NCBI GenBank assembly: GCA_004022145.1
Contig: RCNU01000008.1
Source of the DNA: Paecilomyces variotii
Taxonomy: Eukaryota
Direction: 5' to 3' (one strand)
DNA length: 64,000 bases
Shown here: positions 10,716-24,555 of the stretch, piece after piece
Position numbering within the stretch: the first letter of the stretch is position 1
Layout: every line of letters starts with the position of its first letter
The notes under the pieces: model-generated
The model's database searches: none
Told to the model about the DNA's origin: nothing
The model's input: only the letters and a program-made list of their open reading frames with translations
Position numbers and translations under genes: made by a program

Positions 10716-11625
10716 AGAAGGTAAAGCACAGGTATGAAACGCGAGGAACTGGATATATACAAGAAGAGGAACAACAGACCTGGGCTAGAAGAAGGTAAAT
10801 GAAGATATATATAGAAGAAGTCAAGACAGCGTGCAGAACATGGCTAACTGGATATATAGGACTCCTTCAATACCTTCAAGCCGAGAAGCATGATGCAGAG
10901 TAGAAAGAGAAAAGAACAGATATTCTGGGACAGAGGAAGGGTATGGGGTATTTATACCTTTATCTCATGCATCAATTCACGGATACCTGCAAGCAAACCC
11001 CGCACCACGTAGGCCGTTGCCGAACAATAAGGACTGCCGTCACTGATAGAATGCTGCTTTAGGCAAAATCAATGGGATAAAACAGTCACTTCAACGGGAA
11101 GCAAGCGGGGAAGAAAAGACTGGAGGGTGGGAAGCGATAATTGGTAGTGATTATACTCCGTGATTGTGCTGAGTGATACCATATCTCCTCGCGCCAGTAG
11201 TCGGGATGTATGGACAAGGGAATACGTAGTGCGGGTAAAGCCTGGGGGAATGGAGAAATTGAAGGATACTGCATAGGATAAGTGACTGATATTGGGAATA
11301 TAGAGTGCTGGAGCATAGCGCAATGCATGCCGCTTTGCAGTATTTGCAGGCACATCGTAGTAGACGCGGGATCTGGGCCGGCAGCAGTTCGTTTTCGTAA
11401 CTGGTTGTACAAGAAAGCATCCGTCGGATGGACTCATTAGATCTATAACTAAATACATACAGTAAGGGTAATGGCAATGTAGGCTATCAGGACGCTACGC
11501 ATCTTATGCATATTAGACGAGGCAACGTACAAGTCTGGATGTAAGGCGTCACTGTCCATTATATCATCTCAACCTGTTAGCGTCCCGCTTGGGCATCTAC
11601 GGCTACAGCGATATGAAGTAGCCTG

Positions 11626-12986
11626 CTACTTCGTTTTGGTCGTAAACGAGACCAGCTCCAGCGGAGAAGCCGTCAACGGCCACAGCTGGTAGTAAAAAGC
11701 CACCGCTCCCGCGACGAGGAGGGTATAATACGCGACGGTCCACCCGATCCCCAGTGTACCGTCACCTGCCTGGAAGGTACTGATGTCTGAGTCTTCCTTT
11801 CCACGAACCAGGGGAGGGCCCATGGTGACTCCGGCTTCGACGCGACCCCAGAGTCGGGGAAGACCGCACCAGTTGCAGAAGCTGTGAATAAGGATCACGG
11901 CAGGAAGGGAGCCTGTCCGCAGAAAGACGAATGTCGCGTACCAGCCAAATACGGTAGTAAAGCCAAACTGGAAGAGAGATCGCAGTAGAGCTGCGAGCAC
12001 CGCAGTATCCGGATGGGTCAAACGGAACTCATAGAAGTGGTGGATATGTGCGATCCCGAAATACAGGGGTGCCACAAGCACGATACGACCCGGGGACACC
12101 TTGGCCAGCAGGTGGACAGCAACAATGACAGAGCGGAACATGATTTCCTCCGTCACAGGGCCCTGAAGAATAGGTCAGCGTAAGAAAATGAAAAGATTAA
12201 CGGATTTCCTTACGGCCACATAGTTCCGCCAACCGATCCAGCCGCCCAGGGTCTCTGCGATCTTGCTGCCGCGAAACCATTCCTTCCACTCACCCTCTGC
12301 AGCACCTCTCTCGAAAAGTGGACCGGCAAACAGGATGGCGGTTAGCAAGAAGCTGCGGGCGACCTCCATGGGACCAGCAGGCCACAAGCCCAGAAGTTTC
12401 AGGCCATCCAGCAATGAAGCGTCACCCTTTTGGACCGCCAGACACAGGACGGCCAGAGAGCTCACCAGACAGGCGGCCGTGACGGCTCGAATCCTGGCCC
12501 GGATGACAGACGGAGCATCTCTGCTCAGTGTGGGCGAGGGCTTGGTGACCGAGGAGAGGTAGAACGGCACCACATACGCCAGCGTGAAGACGACCTTGCA
12601 GGAGGTTAGCGCGGGGGCCACGATGACTGCGGCATGTACCAAATAACATCAGAGCAAGAACATGATGAACGGAAATGGAACCATGAGAGCATGGTGCAGG
12701 ATGCAGGAAGCAGAACAACATCTAGGAACGGTTCGAGATTATGCGTCTTCGGAGCACCCCATCACGACAATTCAAAATAACATGCAGAGTAGAGTAGATG
12801 TGGAATGCCATACCGACAGGAGAGCGGCCGTGTGCACCGAAATGACAGGCAACGGCTCTTCTATGAAGCTGCATCAGTACGGGGTGATTTTTCTTTGCCT
12901 CAACCCCAGCGATTGGCCGGGTTGGACGTACCGGACTCTCTGGAATACAGATTCTTGAGACGGCTGAAAAGCCCTATAGGCGCCAT
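11626..12986 (-). CDS. rce1: CAAX prenyl protease 2 (Rce1, CPBP/Abi family), 4 exons
   Basis: MAPIGLFSRLKNLY...VVFTLAYVVPFYLS...RNYVAGPVTEEIMFRS...FGIAHIHH...HSFCNWCGLP; EExxxR, FxxxH and HxxxN motifs. Confidence 0.92.
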
Positions 12987-13450
12987 GGCAGGGAACAGCA
13001 GCAATAACGCTCAAACTGTCAGATGGGAATCAGATGGATTATTCTCTGATTTCTCTGGTGAATTGGACGCTGCCACGCTGTCGACTGCCGATCTCTCCGC
13101 GAAGCTCCGAGCGGGGGAGAGAAGAGACGAACTGTCAGAAGTTGGAACTATCTACCGGACGGGTTCCTGGCGCTGATCGGGGATCCTGGCCGATGATTGT
13201 GCTATTTTTGCAGATGGGGATTCCTCTGTGTGGCCCCGAAGCAAGAAAAAAGGAGCGGTTTGGTGAGGATGATGATTATTGGTGCTGCGAGTCGCGTTGG
13301 ACTTGCTGGCGTTCTTCTTTTCTCTCAGGAACGGATTCATCTCATCCAACCGGCCGATCTTAGCGACTGTTAGCGTCGCCCAGAGTGGATGAGTCCAATG
13401 TCATCCATCGCCGGTTCGCGTGTTCAGATCCAGATCAGTTCGACCCAGCG

Positions 13451-13452
<2 letters not shown>

Positions 13453-13488
<36 letters not shown>
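13453..13488. repeat. (GA)n microsatellite, ~18 units
   Basis: Read directly from the sequence. Confidence 0.95.
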
Positions 13489-13490
<2 letters not shown>

Positions 13491-14325
13491 CTGGTGGAAT
13501 TCAACGGCAGGTTTTCTCTCGTTCTTCTCTCGTTCTTCTCGTTATCGATATAAGTCTAACGATCAGCTTCATCGCAGCGCAGAACCCCCCAGGACTCGCC
13601 CTCGACAGAAAAGAAAAGACCAGACCAGTCCTGTTACTTCTGTATCACCTCCTGTGCATCCATTTCCCCATCGTTTTCCCCATCTAAGCCTCCCACTTGC
13701 GCAGGTCGTGCTTTAGACTCACTTTAGCCTCGATTCTCGCATACCAGACGCTTCACCGCCGGGCAACCAGATTCCTTGCCTTATCCCGGTTGCTGCTTCT
13801 TCTACTCTCTCTCTCTCCCTCTCTTCTGCTTCTTCGTTGCTCTGGGTCATGGTGGTGCTGGTGCTTCCTTCAGTCGTTCCCTTGTTCGTTTCGAAAGTCC
13901 TGTCTTTCACGTCCCTCGTTTAACTTATCTGATGACCCTCGTTTAGTCAGAAAAGGCCTTCATGATGTCCTCATAGTTTCAATTGACGCTCTCTTCATTG
14001 TTCACGCTCCTTTCCGGCTCCTCCAGAGTCCGCATTCACGACCAACTCGACGCATTCTTTGTCTATCCCAAAACAGTCATTCGTTTACTTATTACCCCCT
14101 CATTGTGGGCGCCATTGCCATTGCTATTGACATTGTTATTGTTCTACTCCATTCGAACGCTCTCGAGGCCCAATTGCACCCGTATTTGCATTCTTTATTG
14201 ATCTCACGGACCCTTTCTTGACCCGACAGTACGGCATACTTGCTACAGCATTGATATCGAATCTTTGCTGTCGTTTGTGATTCTATATATATTACGATTG
14301 TTTGATAATGCGATAATATCCAACT

Positions 14326-16557
14326 ATGCGATCGCCCGTTCTAAAGCCCACGTCGCCCACCGCTAAGCGGAGGGCGCTTCATGAGCGCACGCCGTCGCAG
14401 ACCAACGAAGGCTCCCAGCTGCCCACGCTACGTCTCGTGTACGAAAAGGAAGACGATGATGTCTACGCCGCAACGCCCTATCCCACCAGACCAGAGCACG
14501 TTCTGCTCCCCAGACCGGGTAAAGGCCAAAGTTCCGAGGACGACGAAGAAACCGACAACCATGATGCTTCCTTCGTCTCACATGGTTTTCGGCCCCTGAC
14601 AGCCACAGCATCCTCAGCCACCGAACACGTCGCAGACGACAGGGCAACGCCGCGATCCATTGGCGATGCATGGGAGTTGTCGTCCACCGTTGACGCTGGC
14701 CGTTCTCCGCCGGAGCTTTGGGAGACGTCTGACGACCCCCGGTCCAGCAGATCGTCTATCCCGGACCCTGTTTCACCGCGTAAAAGGCACGATGACGCCC
14801 CCGGTCCCTCGTCGCCGCGGCCGTCTGAGGACGTGATCGTCCTGCCGTCTGTCACTCCTACCATCAAAGCCGTCGTCCCCGAACCATCTTCACCTCCATC
14901 AGTACCAGCAGAACGCGAGAGTTCAACGGCTGCATCGCCCAGTTCCAGTCCCAACGTCGTCCGCATCGGGCTGCCATCCAGTCCCAACTTCGTCGCCCTT
15001 CAGAGTTCCAGCCCGAACGTGATCCCCGTGGGCAGCTCGTCGCCCAATGTCCAGGTCGCAGAGCGATCCAACTCGTCTATTTCTTCGTTGACGTCCCTGG
15101 GGACGGTCGTCCGAACATATATCAACGCCGCGCATTGGAGTCGCTCACGCTCATCGTCAGAAAATTCCAGCGGACAGCCGCAGTCGGTTCAGTCCGTCCA
15201 CTCCAGCCCGCCGCTGCCGGTCCTGCGATCCTATCCCTCTACGTCCACCTTTGGTCTACCGGCGACGGAGTCGAGCGGTTCGCCTTCATTCCCCTCTTCT
15301 GTGCGTCGAACACCCTCTCCTCCTGAGGCGCAGGCAGCTATCAACAGTGGTCTCGCCGTGCAGTATCCCACCATCCGCCAGCCCTCGACCAGTTCATATG
15401 CCGAGTCTTCCCAAGCGCCAGCCCGGAAAGACTCGTCGCGGTCGATGACGGACCGATCGTCGGGCCGTTGGAATCCGCACCTGTCCACGGTTCCGTCCCA
15501 GTGGTCGGCGGAGCGCCAACTTTCGCAGCCATCACCAAGCGCCGGCCATGGACGCTCCAATTCCAACTCCAGTCCCGCCGGCCCGTCGCGACCGTCTGCG
15601 GCCTGGTTGAGCGACAAGACTACCTCGTCCGTCTGGCTCGTTACCGATACCGACAGCGACGAGCAGCTGGACAGCCTGAGCAATCTCCCGTCGCCGCAGT
15701 GGCGCTCATTTTTCGCAGGTAGCCCGGCATCCTCCCGCCAGAACAGTTTTCGCAGTTTGCGACGTGCCGGTTCCAATTCCAGCCTGGTGTTGACCACCAT
15801 CCCTGCTTGGGCGCGAGTTTACTATGGAAGCCGCGAGCTGCAAAGTGCTCCTTTCGCTCTGACCGATAGCCGTCCATCGTCGGCTCGACCATCCACCGCA
15901 AACTCTCATGTCATTAGCCAAGTCCCGGTATCAATCTCTCGTCCGCGCACCCGCCCGCGCGAAGGCTCTCGCAGCCCGCAGCGACGTCCCCAGAATCCTG
16001 CAGTAGACGCTCGCAATCGTTGGTTCGACCGGGATCCGGCTCAAGCCCGCAGCATGGCGGACACGACGTCTGTCACGCCGTCCAGCACGTGGTCTGCCAG
16101 ATGGTCTGCCAGACGGGGCACTTGGTCTCCCCATCTGTTTATAGACCGACGAGCGGACCAAATCCGCGGGAGTACGTGGACGGCGCCCTCGTTGGACTCT
16201 ACTGCGGAGCCTGTCTTCAGTCGAAGAAACGCCCAAGTCTACGCATTCTGCTTGGGTTTCATATTTCCTCTTGCTTGGCTCATTGCGGCCTTTCTTCCTC
16301 TTCCACCTCGCCCGCTGTCAATGCAGGAAGGGGCCAGTGCGGAGATTGGGACTGCAGTCTTCGGTCGCGTGGCCGAATATGAAACGCGACGCTATCAGAA
16401 TGCACGATGGTGGAGGAACCTGAACCGCTGGATGTGTCCGTTGGGAATCGCGGTCATTGTCATAGTTGTAAGTCTTTCTCCAAGTTCACTAGATTCTAGC
16501 CATGACTGACAATTTTAGGTTACCTTGGCTGCCGTCGGTACAACAGTAGGCTTCTAG
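14326..16557 (+). CDS. Ser/Pro-rich fungal protein with two C-terminal hydrophobic segments
   Basis: 727-codon ORF with repeated SSPN motifs. C-terminal FCLGFIFPLAWLIAAFLPLP...ARWWRNLNR. Short intron ~16468-16518, then VTLAAVGTTVGF*. Confidence 0.85.
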
Positions 16558-18498
16558 TCTCAAGGGTCTTATGCAGATGTCCCACTATGCGCATATTTCA
16601 GGATGTCAAACATCCTCCAATATCCTGGCCACAAACGCGTGTGCCTCTGCGTGATAAGTCGACAACTACTGTACGCGGATATTCATTTCCTCACGCACTA
16701 CCGTCAGCGACTCTTCCGAGTCTGGGAGTTTCAGCCAGGTCCGCTATGCCGGCAACTATCCCATTGAGATGGCGCCCAGATCAACACCCACGTTGACAAA
16801 CGTTCATTTTCCCGGTCGACCCTGGAATTTATCGCCATATCGCTACCATGGTCGCATGATAGGTCAACCCTTCGAGTTCCGGCTGCATATATCCGCGCGG
16901 CATAGCTTTGCGGCCGCCGTATCCTACCAACTCTCTATATGCAGTTCAATGGCCATTTCACTGGTCCTACTCCTCACGATCTACCTTCACACAATCACCC
17001 ACTCTTCATTCCTTCCCCCTCCTCCTTCTCTCTACCCTCTCCTTCTCCGCACGACTGTATGACTGTATGTTAACTGCTCGTCTATCTTCTCTCGCCCTGG
17101 TGCCTGTACTTTTTTCTCATCCTACGCGGACGACAAAACGACACGCATTCATCGATGATACGACGACATTTTATGAATATAACTCGACGTATTATATATA
17201 TATGTCTCACGCTTTTTTGGATGATGTATGTATGTATGTACTGCCTTTTCTGCATGTACGTTACGTTGGTGGGCGACTGCTTCTTTAGCCAGGTTGGAAT
17301 TATTCGATTCGAATTAAGAATTCATTACTTCTTCTTTTTTCAGCTACTTATGCTCATTGAAGTCTGTTTTCGCATTCACCTTTTCAAAAGATTTTGGATG
17401 GACTTGAATTCTTTCTTGTTCTTTTACTCTATACCCACCCGCGAGCAGTTGCTATAATGGCTTAATTGCAGGTTTCTGAGGCGGTTTTAAGGCGTCTAGA
17501 GCAGTCATGATTATTATCTAGCATCCTGGGTATATTCCAGAGATCTTGATATATTTGACTCGGCTTCTGCTAAATTCATATTCACACTTTACACACACAC
17601 TGCTCTATTGTATAGATTGCCAAAAAAAAAAGTTCCCATGTAGTATCCGCGTATATACTTTCCCATCCATCTATCCATCCACCTATACTTCATCCCAACT
17701 CATCCAATGCGCTAGTTAGTCATTCTAATCCCACACAAGCAACATTCTCTTCTAGCAATTCCAGCACTACATGCATTATTCCTTCAAAAACTTAGCAAAG
17801 AGAAACTATCGAATCAAATTAATCCTAAATTGGCACGAAAACATAGTAGTCTGATTGATTTAAACCAACCTAGTCGATTAACTACTTACCTAGATTGCTT
17901 TAACTAACTACTTGAATTTAGTTCTGGGGCGGGTTTGAAACCTTATTTTATTTTATTTATTTATTTATTTGTATAGCATGCGAAAAAGGAATTTAGATCA
18001 TAGTGATCTATCTAGTAGGTAGGTAGGTTCTATATCTATATCTCTAATGAGAATATCGAAGAACCCTGCTGCAAATGGATTATCTGGATGTACGCTCTGT
18101 GGTGCCGACGAGGACAAAGTCCATTCGAACTTCCAGCTTATTTAGTAACTTGCATAAGTTACAAGAGGATAATGGGTGGATGCGTTATGATTTAATAGTT
18201 TACTGGTAATGGAGAGAATATGTTCAAGCTCTGATTCTAATTTCTTTCTTTATTTTGAATTTAGATATGACCGGTCCCCGGCTATGTATGCTGCGTGTAT
18301 AGACATATAGACATCACAGAGATTTTCCTTCTCTCATAACTCTCCTATAACGTGAATGAATACTAGACATGGAACTGTACATGAAATATAACAGGCGTAG
18401 CCATCAACCATGGGTATACGTGAGTAGTTGAAAAAAGTGCATAAAGAGATTAAACAAGGCAAATTTGACATGGACAACGTAAGGCTGGATGGCGTAGA

Positions 18499-20289
18499 TT
18501 AGACCTCCACGTGCTCGGCCTTGGGAGCAACCATGGCCTTCTCGGTGAAACCCATCTCTGCAGAGTAGGTGGTTTGAGGCTTCCACTTGGCCGAGGTACG
18601 AGGAGTGGTCTCCTCCATCATCCTGTCGACCTGCTCCAGGGTGAGACCCTTGGTTTCGGGAATCAGGAAGTAAGCGTAGACGCAGGCGCAGGCACAGAGA
18701 GAGCCCCAGATGAAGAACACCTTGGCGCCGAGGTTACCCTTGTCAGGGTCAACCATGTAGGGGGTGATGACGGCGATGATCTGAAGAAGGGGGTTGTGTT
18801 AGCTGGGATGTTTTCTTCTTTTTGCAGACAAGGCTGAGCTGGGTTACTTACGCAGTTCCAGAGCCAGTTGGAAGCGGTGGAAAGAGCAACACCGCGGGAA
18901 CGGATCGGAAGAGGATAGATCTCTCCGATGACGACCCAGGCACCAGGTCCCCAGGTGCTGGCGAAGAAGAAGATATAGATGCAGATGAACGAGATCATGG
19001 CGCTGACTGCGTGGGGGTTGCTTCCATCGACAGTACCAACGATGGCGACGATGAACTGGCAGACGACCATGCCTAAAGCACCCCAGATGAGCAGGGCGCG
19101 ACGACCGAACTTCTCAATGGTCCAGAAGGAGATAGGGGTAGAGCAGACGTTGACGATGGTCGTAATCATGCTGATCAGGAAGGGGTTGTTGATAGTGTGC
19201 AGGTCCGTGAAGAAGGTGGTTCCGAAGTAAAACACAAAGTTGACACCGGTCCATCTGGTTTGATTTGTTAGTTACGGCGGAGAAAGAAAGTGACCATGCT
19301 GTATAGAACTTACTGCTGCATCATCTGGAGAGAAGTACCCAGGATGGTACGGCGCAGGTTGCTGTTGGGAACCCAGAGACTGCCCTTGAAGCAGTTGAGC
19401 CAGCTAGAGAAGTAGCCGCTCTGGGGGATAACCTGCATCTCGTACTCGTGGTTGGCAACAATCTCGGCCAGTTCCTGCTGGATATAGTCGGATTCAATGG
19501 GTTGACCGCGGACACGGGACAGCACATTGGCAGCCTGGTCCAGGTTTCCCTTCTTCACAAAGTAACGAGGCGACTCCGGGAGGATAAGAAGACCACCTCC
19601 GAGAATCAGGGCCCAGGCAAGCTGCAATCCGATGGGGATTCGATAGGAGCCCGAGTCGTTCCGGTTCTCGGTGCCATAGTCGACACAGGAGGCCAGCATG
19701 AGACCAATGGTGACGCAGAACTGGTAGCCCGAAACAAGAGCACCACGGATCTTGCGAGGAGCAATCTCAGACATATACAAGATGATGATAGCCGAAACGA
19801 AACCGACACCGAAACCGGCAATTAGACGGCCAGCTACCAGCAGGCCTATGCTGGTCGAAGCAGTTTGAAGAACAACACCAACCATAAAGACGACACAGCC
19901 AGAGACGACAGTCGTACGACGCCCGAACCAATCGGCGAGGTCACCGGCAATCAGAGCACCGAAGAAGGTACCAGCGGAGAGGATGGAGGTGATCAGAGAC
20001 TTGTTTGATGACGAAAGGGCGAAACTTTGCCCCGGGCCCTGTTTTTATGCTTTTAGTTACACGGCGTGACAGAAAGACGAAAAGGCAATGAACAATGATT
20101 CCTTACAGGCTTCTGGAACTTCTCGATGAAGTAGTCCATTCCCATAACACCGTTGATATATCCGGAGTCATATCCGAAGAAGATACCTCCAAAAGCAGCA
20201 AAGGCACACATGAGATAGGCCCTGAAGGTGACGGGGGCCTCGACACGCCCCGTGTCAGCCGTCGGCATCATGACACCACCACCGGGCAT
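18499..20289 (-). CDS. MFS sugar-porter (hexose/glucose transporter), 4 exons
   Basis: AAFGGIFFGYDSG, DWFGRR, YMSEIAP..RGALVSGYQ, PESPR, QQWTGVNF..YFG, IEKFGRR and PETKG motifs. Confidence 0.96.
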
Positions 20290-20459
20290 GATGATAGTTC
20301 AAGGGTGATGAACGGTAAAAAGGATATTATTAGGCGGGGGAGGTATAAGGGGGGGATGGGACAATGCCCAGAGGAAGGCCAAGAGTCCGGGGACTGGTAA
20401 AGGATAGTCTTCTCAACAACAGGAATACAGACAATGCATTGAAATTTCGCGCGAGGGGA

Positions 20460-21430
20460 TGCAGTATATAACCTGTTTCCTAGACTGGACCCTCATGATA
20501 GCCTTTTTTTTTTTTACACTCCGGTCCGGGGATATTTCTCTGGGGAGATGCCGCGTCTGTCATCAAAACTCGGCTCGGCCGTTCTACTGACGAATGTAAT
20601 GCAGCACAGGATCGTTCTTGAATTGGTTTGCGGGTCCTCTCACAAGCCAAGGCACTTTTTGGTCGGTGAATTTTCGCTATCTCTTCTCATGAGGGCAATT
20701 GTAGCCCGTTTTCTCGCTGGTGCGAGAGTGTGCTATGTACGCCAGTGGCTGCGCCGTCTATTCCTGTTCCTAGTCCGAAACCTCGGGGATGCCCCAGACG
20801 GACCAGACGCATGGGGAACTGGAGAATGTCCCAATCGAGGGCCTGGGGATCGTTTGCGGGACAAATCAACGAGCGAATGGCCGATGCGAAGGTTCAGCCG
20901 AGTCGACCCCGTCTCTCCACTGAACCGCCACAAGAGTCATCATTGGCAGAGGCGTCGACAAGCCAGACGCATCTAGATTATGCTCGATGGTCACGCCGCG
21001 TCGTGGCCAAACAGAGGCTCGGTTCTCGCCGGGCCTAACCATCGGTAGCGAGTTTATTTCGGGCGTAGAACATGGCGCAGAAGCTGAGCGAAGCCAGCTA
21101 TTATTCTCGACGAGCGGTTCGCCGGCGATGTGCCCAGGTCGGGAACGGCGCATTCCTTTCTTTTTTTTTTTCGCTTCCCTTTGCAACTCAGCCGTAGGCC
21201 CGATATACCACGTGGTCCGAAAAAATAGTAAATTCCAGCCGGATCGGGGGACTCATGGTCATGATGATGGATCCGGAGAGATTGTTTTACATCCTGGTTC
21301 CGGGCCGACAGAGCCTCTTCTCTGGAGCTGACCAGTCTTGCGGATTATTGTATATTCTGTAGTCTTATTCGATGTTGCGCGTGCAGGATACTCATGGTCT
21401 CTGTCGGCGCTATCCCCGCACCACCCAGGG
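20460..21430 (-). promoter_or_regulatory. Hexose-transporter promoter with several CreA-type SYGGRG matches
   Basis: TATATA ~20466; CCGGGG 20526, CTGGGG 20540 and 20843, CCGGAG 21273. The motif is short and function is inferred only. Confidence 0.35.
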
Positions 21431-22965
21431 TTGAGGTTCGCTCATGTAACGCTGGCGCACCAGACTGCCATCAAAATGGGCATCCACGAAATGCAACATG
21501 GAAACTCATCTCTGCGATGCCCCGCTGGATCACGCGGTGCCACTAACACTGTCAGAAAATTTTTAGACACACAAGCATCTGGCGCAGGCGTAGTCCATGG
21601 GTTGGGTTTTGCGTGAAAGAATCAGTCGTGTGCGCATCCGTTCCGCCGAGAAATTCCCCATTCTGACCTGTGAAGCGTAAGTATACTAGACTAGCCTGCA
21701 GTGCCTTGCTCCTGGCTTTCTCGAGTCTGTAGCGTCCCGAGCGGGATCTTCGCAGGGCCCTCTTCGAGACGGACTGATCATGGCTCCAGGAAAGTTCCAG
21801 CGACGGGCATGGCCACATGGCGCGATCCAAGCCGTTGTCGCCGTAGTCGTGTTCTGGCTGGAAATGAGAGTACTACTCGCACGATGGGTCCCCCACGGCA
21901 CTGTTCAAATCGGAGGATGCCGAGATATTTGGCCTTCATGGGAAGATCCCCCGTTAATTCCCCGCGGGGTCGTTTTCCCTTTCCCCAGGGTCTACCGGTG
22001 AGCGTTTTGCGTTACGGCGACCAGTTGCAATCCAATTCGATCTTTTCCTTCTTCTAAGGGGGTCAGAATAGTTAGTCGTTGAGGCCACTAAGTAGTATTT
22101 TTGCAAACCATCAGGGATTCCGGGGGGGATGATCTAGGGCTGGGGTTTTGAGACAGCGCCAATCCCATGACCCTTCTTTCTGCAATGCACCGTATCTATA
22201 GTTAGTTGCTTATGTCTGTGCGATATCTAAGTTAACTAGAGTATTGGGCTTAGATATGAGAGAAGAGAGCCCACTCAACTTGGTCTTTGAAAACTGCGCT
22301 GGATAAGACGTCCAAAGCAGGATTACCTAGCTAGGTGTATGCAATCTCCTTCCTCTCCTTCTCCTCGCCTTGAACAAATAAAACACAGTCTTGATTACGG
22401 GAGCATCTGCCATAATTCCTCGTTGGCTGACTTCGGTGATAATAATCGATTGATTGATGGATTGATTGATTGATTAGTGTAAGTTAACCGAATCAGTTAA
22501 CTAAGTGATCAACAAACTGTCTGTCGCTGACAAATCTCCCTGTAACCCACGTGATAACGAACTACCCCTCCTCTCTAGACAGGGAATTCCTTGATTGATT
22601 AATTGCTTCATTGATTGATATAGATTAGTTACTCTGCTCAACTGACTACTAAGTTGACTTGACTGAATCGAGTGCTACCTACTATCCTATAGGGACATAG
22701 TAGAGTAAGTATTGCTTTAATACTCCGTAGTAATTAACAATAATTCTTCCCCTTCCATGGCACAGCCGCCGGTGACGTTATCACAACCCCCTCTAGGAAC
22801 TAAAGCAGGTTGATCTGCGATTCTGGGATTCCACGAAAAAATGATCGTCCCGTAGCTGGTCTACATACAAGAAAGGACAACTCTCTCTCCACTCCACACG
22901 GTTCAGCACAGTCACTACCGAAGAATCAATATTCCTATAGATCTCAACGTCCGCGAACGAACAAC

Positions 22966-23920
22966 ATGCCGGATCCGCGCTGCTTCATCATCCGCCACGG
23001 AGAGACCGAGTGGTCCCTCAGTGGCCGACACACCGGCATCACCGAACTTCCCTTGACAGAGAACGGCGAGAAACGAATCAAGGCGACAGGCAAGGCCCTC
23101 GTGGGAGATGACCGCCTGATCGTGCCAAAGAAGCTGGCCCATGTGTAGGTTCCCGATCCGAATTCATGGACAATCCCCCGCAGCAGCCATCGTCGGTCGC
23201 TCGTCTCCAGCAGGATGCCAGTGTTGACCGAGTTCATGTACACAGCTATGTCTCCCCGCGTCATCGAGCGCAGCGGACCCTGGAGCTCCTGGAGATCGGG
23301 TGCAAGGAGAGGATGCCCTGGTTGCACAGCAGAAAGCCCGAGGACGAGGAGCCTATCCGCACAAACGCCAATGTCGAAATCACCGACGCAATCCGCGAAT
23401 GGGATTATGGTGACTACGAAGGATTGACGAGCAAGCAGATCAAAGAGCTGAGGGAAAAGAATGGCGATGGACCCTGGGATATCTGGAGAGACGGCTGTCC
23501 TGGCGGAGAGTGAGTTTGCTTTTTCCCCTGGTTGATTGCTGGCAGAAATTGCTGCCATTGTAAACAGGCGGCGTTCGAGATAAAGACGGATTATAGTGCA
23601 ACGGGCAGCTGACTCGGGATAACTCCTCCTGCATCAGGTCCCCCGACGACGTCGTGCGCCGACTCGATGCGCTAGTCGCAGAGATCCGGGAAAAGTACCA
23701 CAAGGACTGCTTCGGTCAACCATCGCAGGAGAGAGCATGCGACGTCCTCATCGTCGCCCACGGCCACATCTTGAGAGCGTTCGCGATGCGCTGGGTGGGC
23801 AAGCCGCTAACGGACACAGCATTCATACTGGAAGCCGGTGGTGTTGGAACACTGAGTTACGAGCACCACAACATCAACGAGCCCGCTATCATTCTCGGTG
23901 GAGGATTCGTCGTGGAGTGA
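22966..23920 (+). CDS. Histidine phosphatase / phosphoglycerate mutase family, Shb17-like sedoheptulose-bisphosphatase, 3 exons
   Basis: RCFIIRHGETEWSLSGRHTG, YVSPRHRAQRT, IREWDYGDYEG, IWRDGCPGGE, VAHGHILRAF. Confidence 0.93.
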
Positions 23921-24183
23921 GTGAGTTGGCCGCATATCACCCTCCATAGTAGTCGGATAGCTCTGGGCCTCCACATCGACTGTCTCCACGGTTTTCTTCC
24001 TCCAGTGCATCCATCTGATAGCATCCGACAAACAATGCCATGCCGTCAACAATCCATTCCAAAAAGCCAACCAACATCGACCGTAGATAATATCTCCCTC
24101 ATAGTTCTCATCCTCATCAGCCCCGACAGGCTCCTCGTAAGACCAACAATCATAACAGACTCCATCATAAAAAAAAGAATCCA

Positions 24184-24555
24184 TCACCACTCCCTCTCCT
24201 CTTCCCCACTACCCCTCCTCTCCTCCGCCGTATTACTCCCACTTCCACTCCCACTCCCATCCTCCTTGTGAATTCCCTCCTCACCCAGCACCTTCGCAGC
24301 ACCCATGAACATCCCACCAATATAGCCGCCCAGAAACCGCATATCACCAGCCTGAACCGCCGTCATGCGCACCAGGTTCTCCGTATCTGCCAAATGGGCA
24401 TTCAGCTGTGCCAATTGCGAGTGCAGATGTGCGTATTGCCGCGCCTTGGTTGCAGATCCACTGGCTGAGGATGTCGATGCGCCTGGGAGGAGGGAGGTGC
24501 GTGGGAGGGAGTTGGATTGCGAGTGCGAGTGGTGGTATTGATGGTGTGGAGGCAT
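24184..24555 (-). CDS. DASH complex Hsk3-like subunit
   Basis: KARQYAHLHSQLAQLNAHLADTENLVRMTAVQAGDMRFLGG...MFMGAAKVL. Start codon uncertain. Confidence 0.75.
   Translation of the reverse strand: MPPHHQYHHSHSQSNSLPRTSLLPGASTSSASGSATKARQYAHLHSQLAQLNAHLADTENLVRMTAVQAGDMRFLGGYIGGMFMGAAKVLGEEGIHKEDGSGSGSGSNTAEERRGSGEEEREW

Noticed and set aside
3590-11470. Intact Starship or intact LTR/Helitron element
   Set aside because: No tyrosine-recombinase captain, LTR pair, gag/integrase or full helicase ORF was seen; only fragments.
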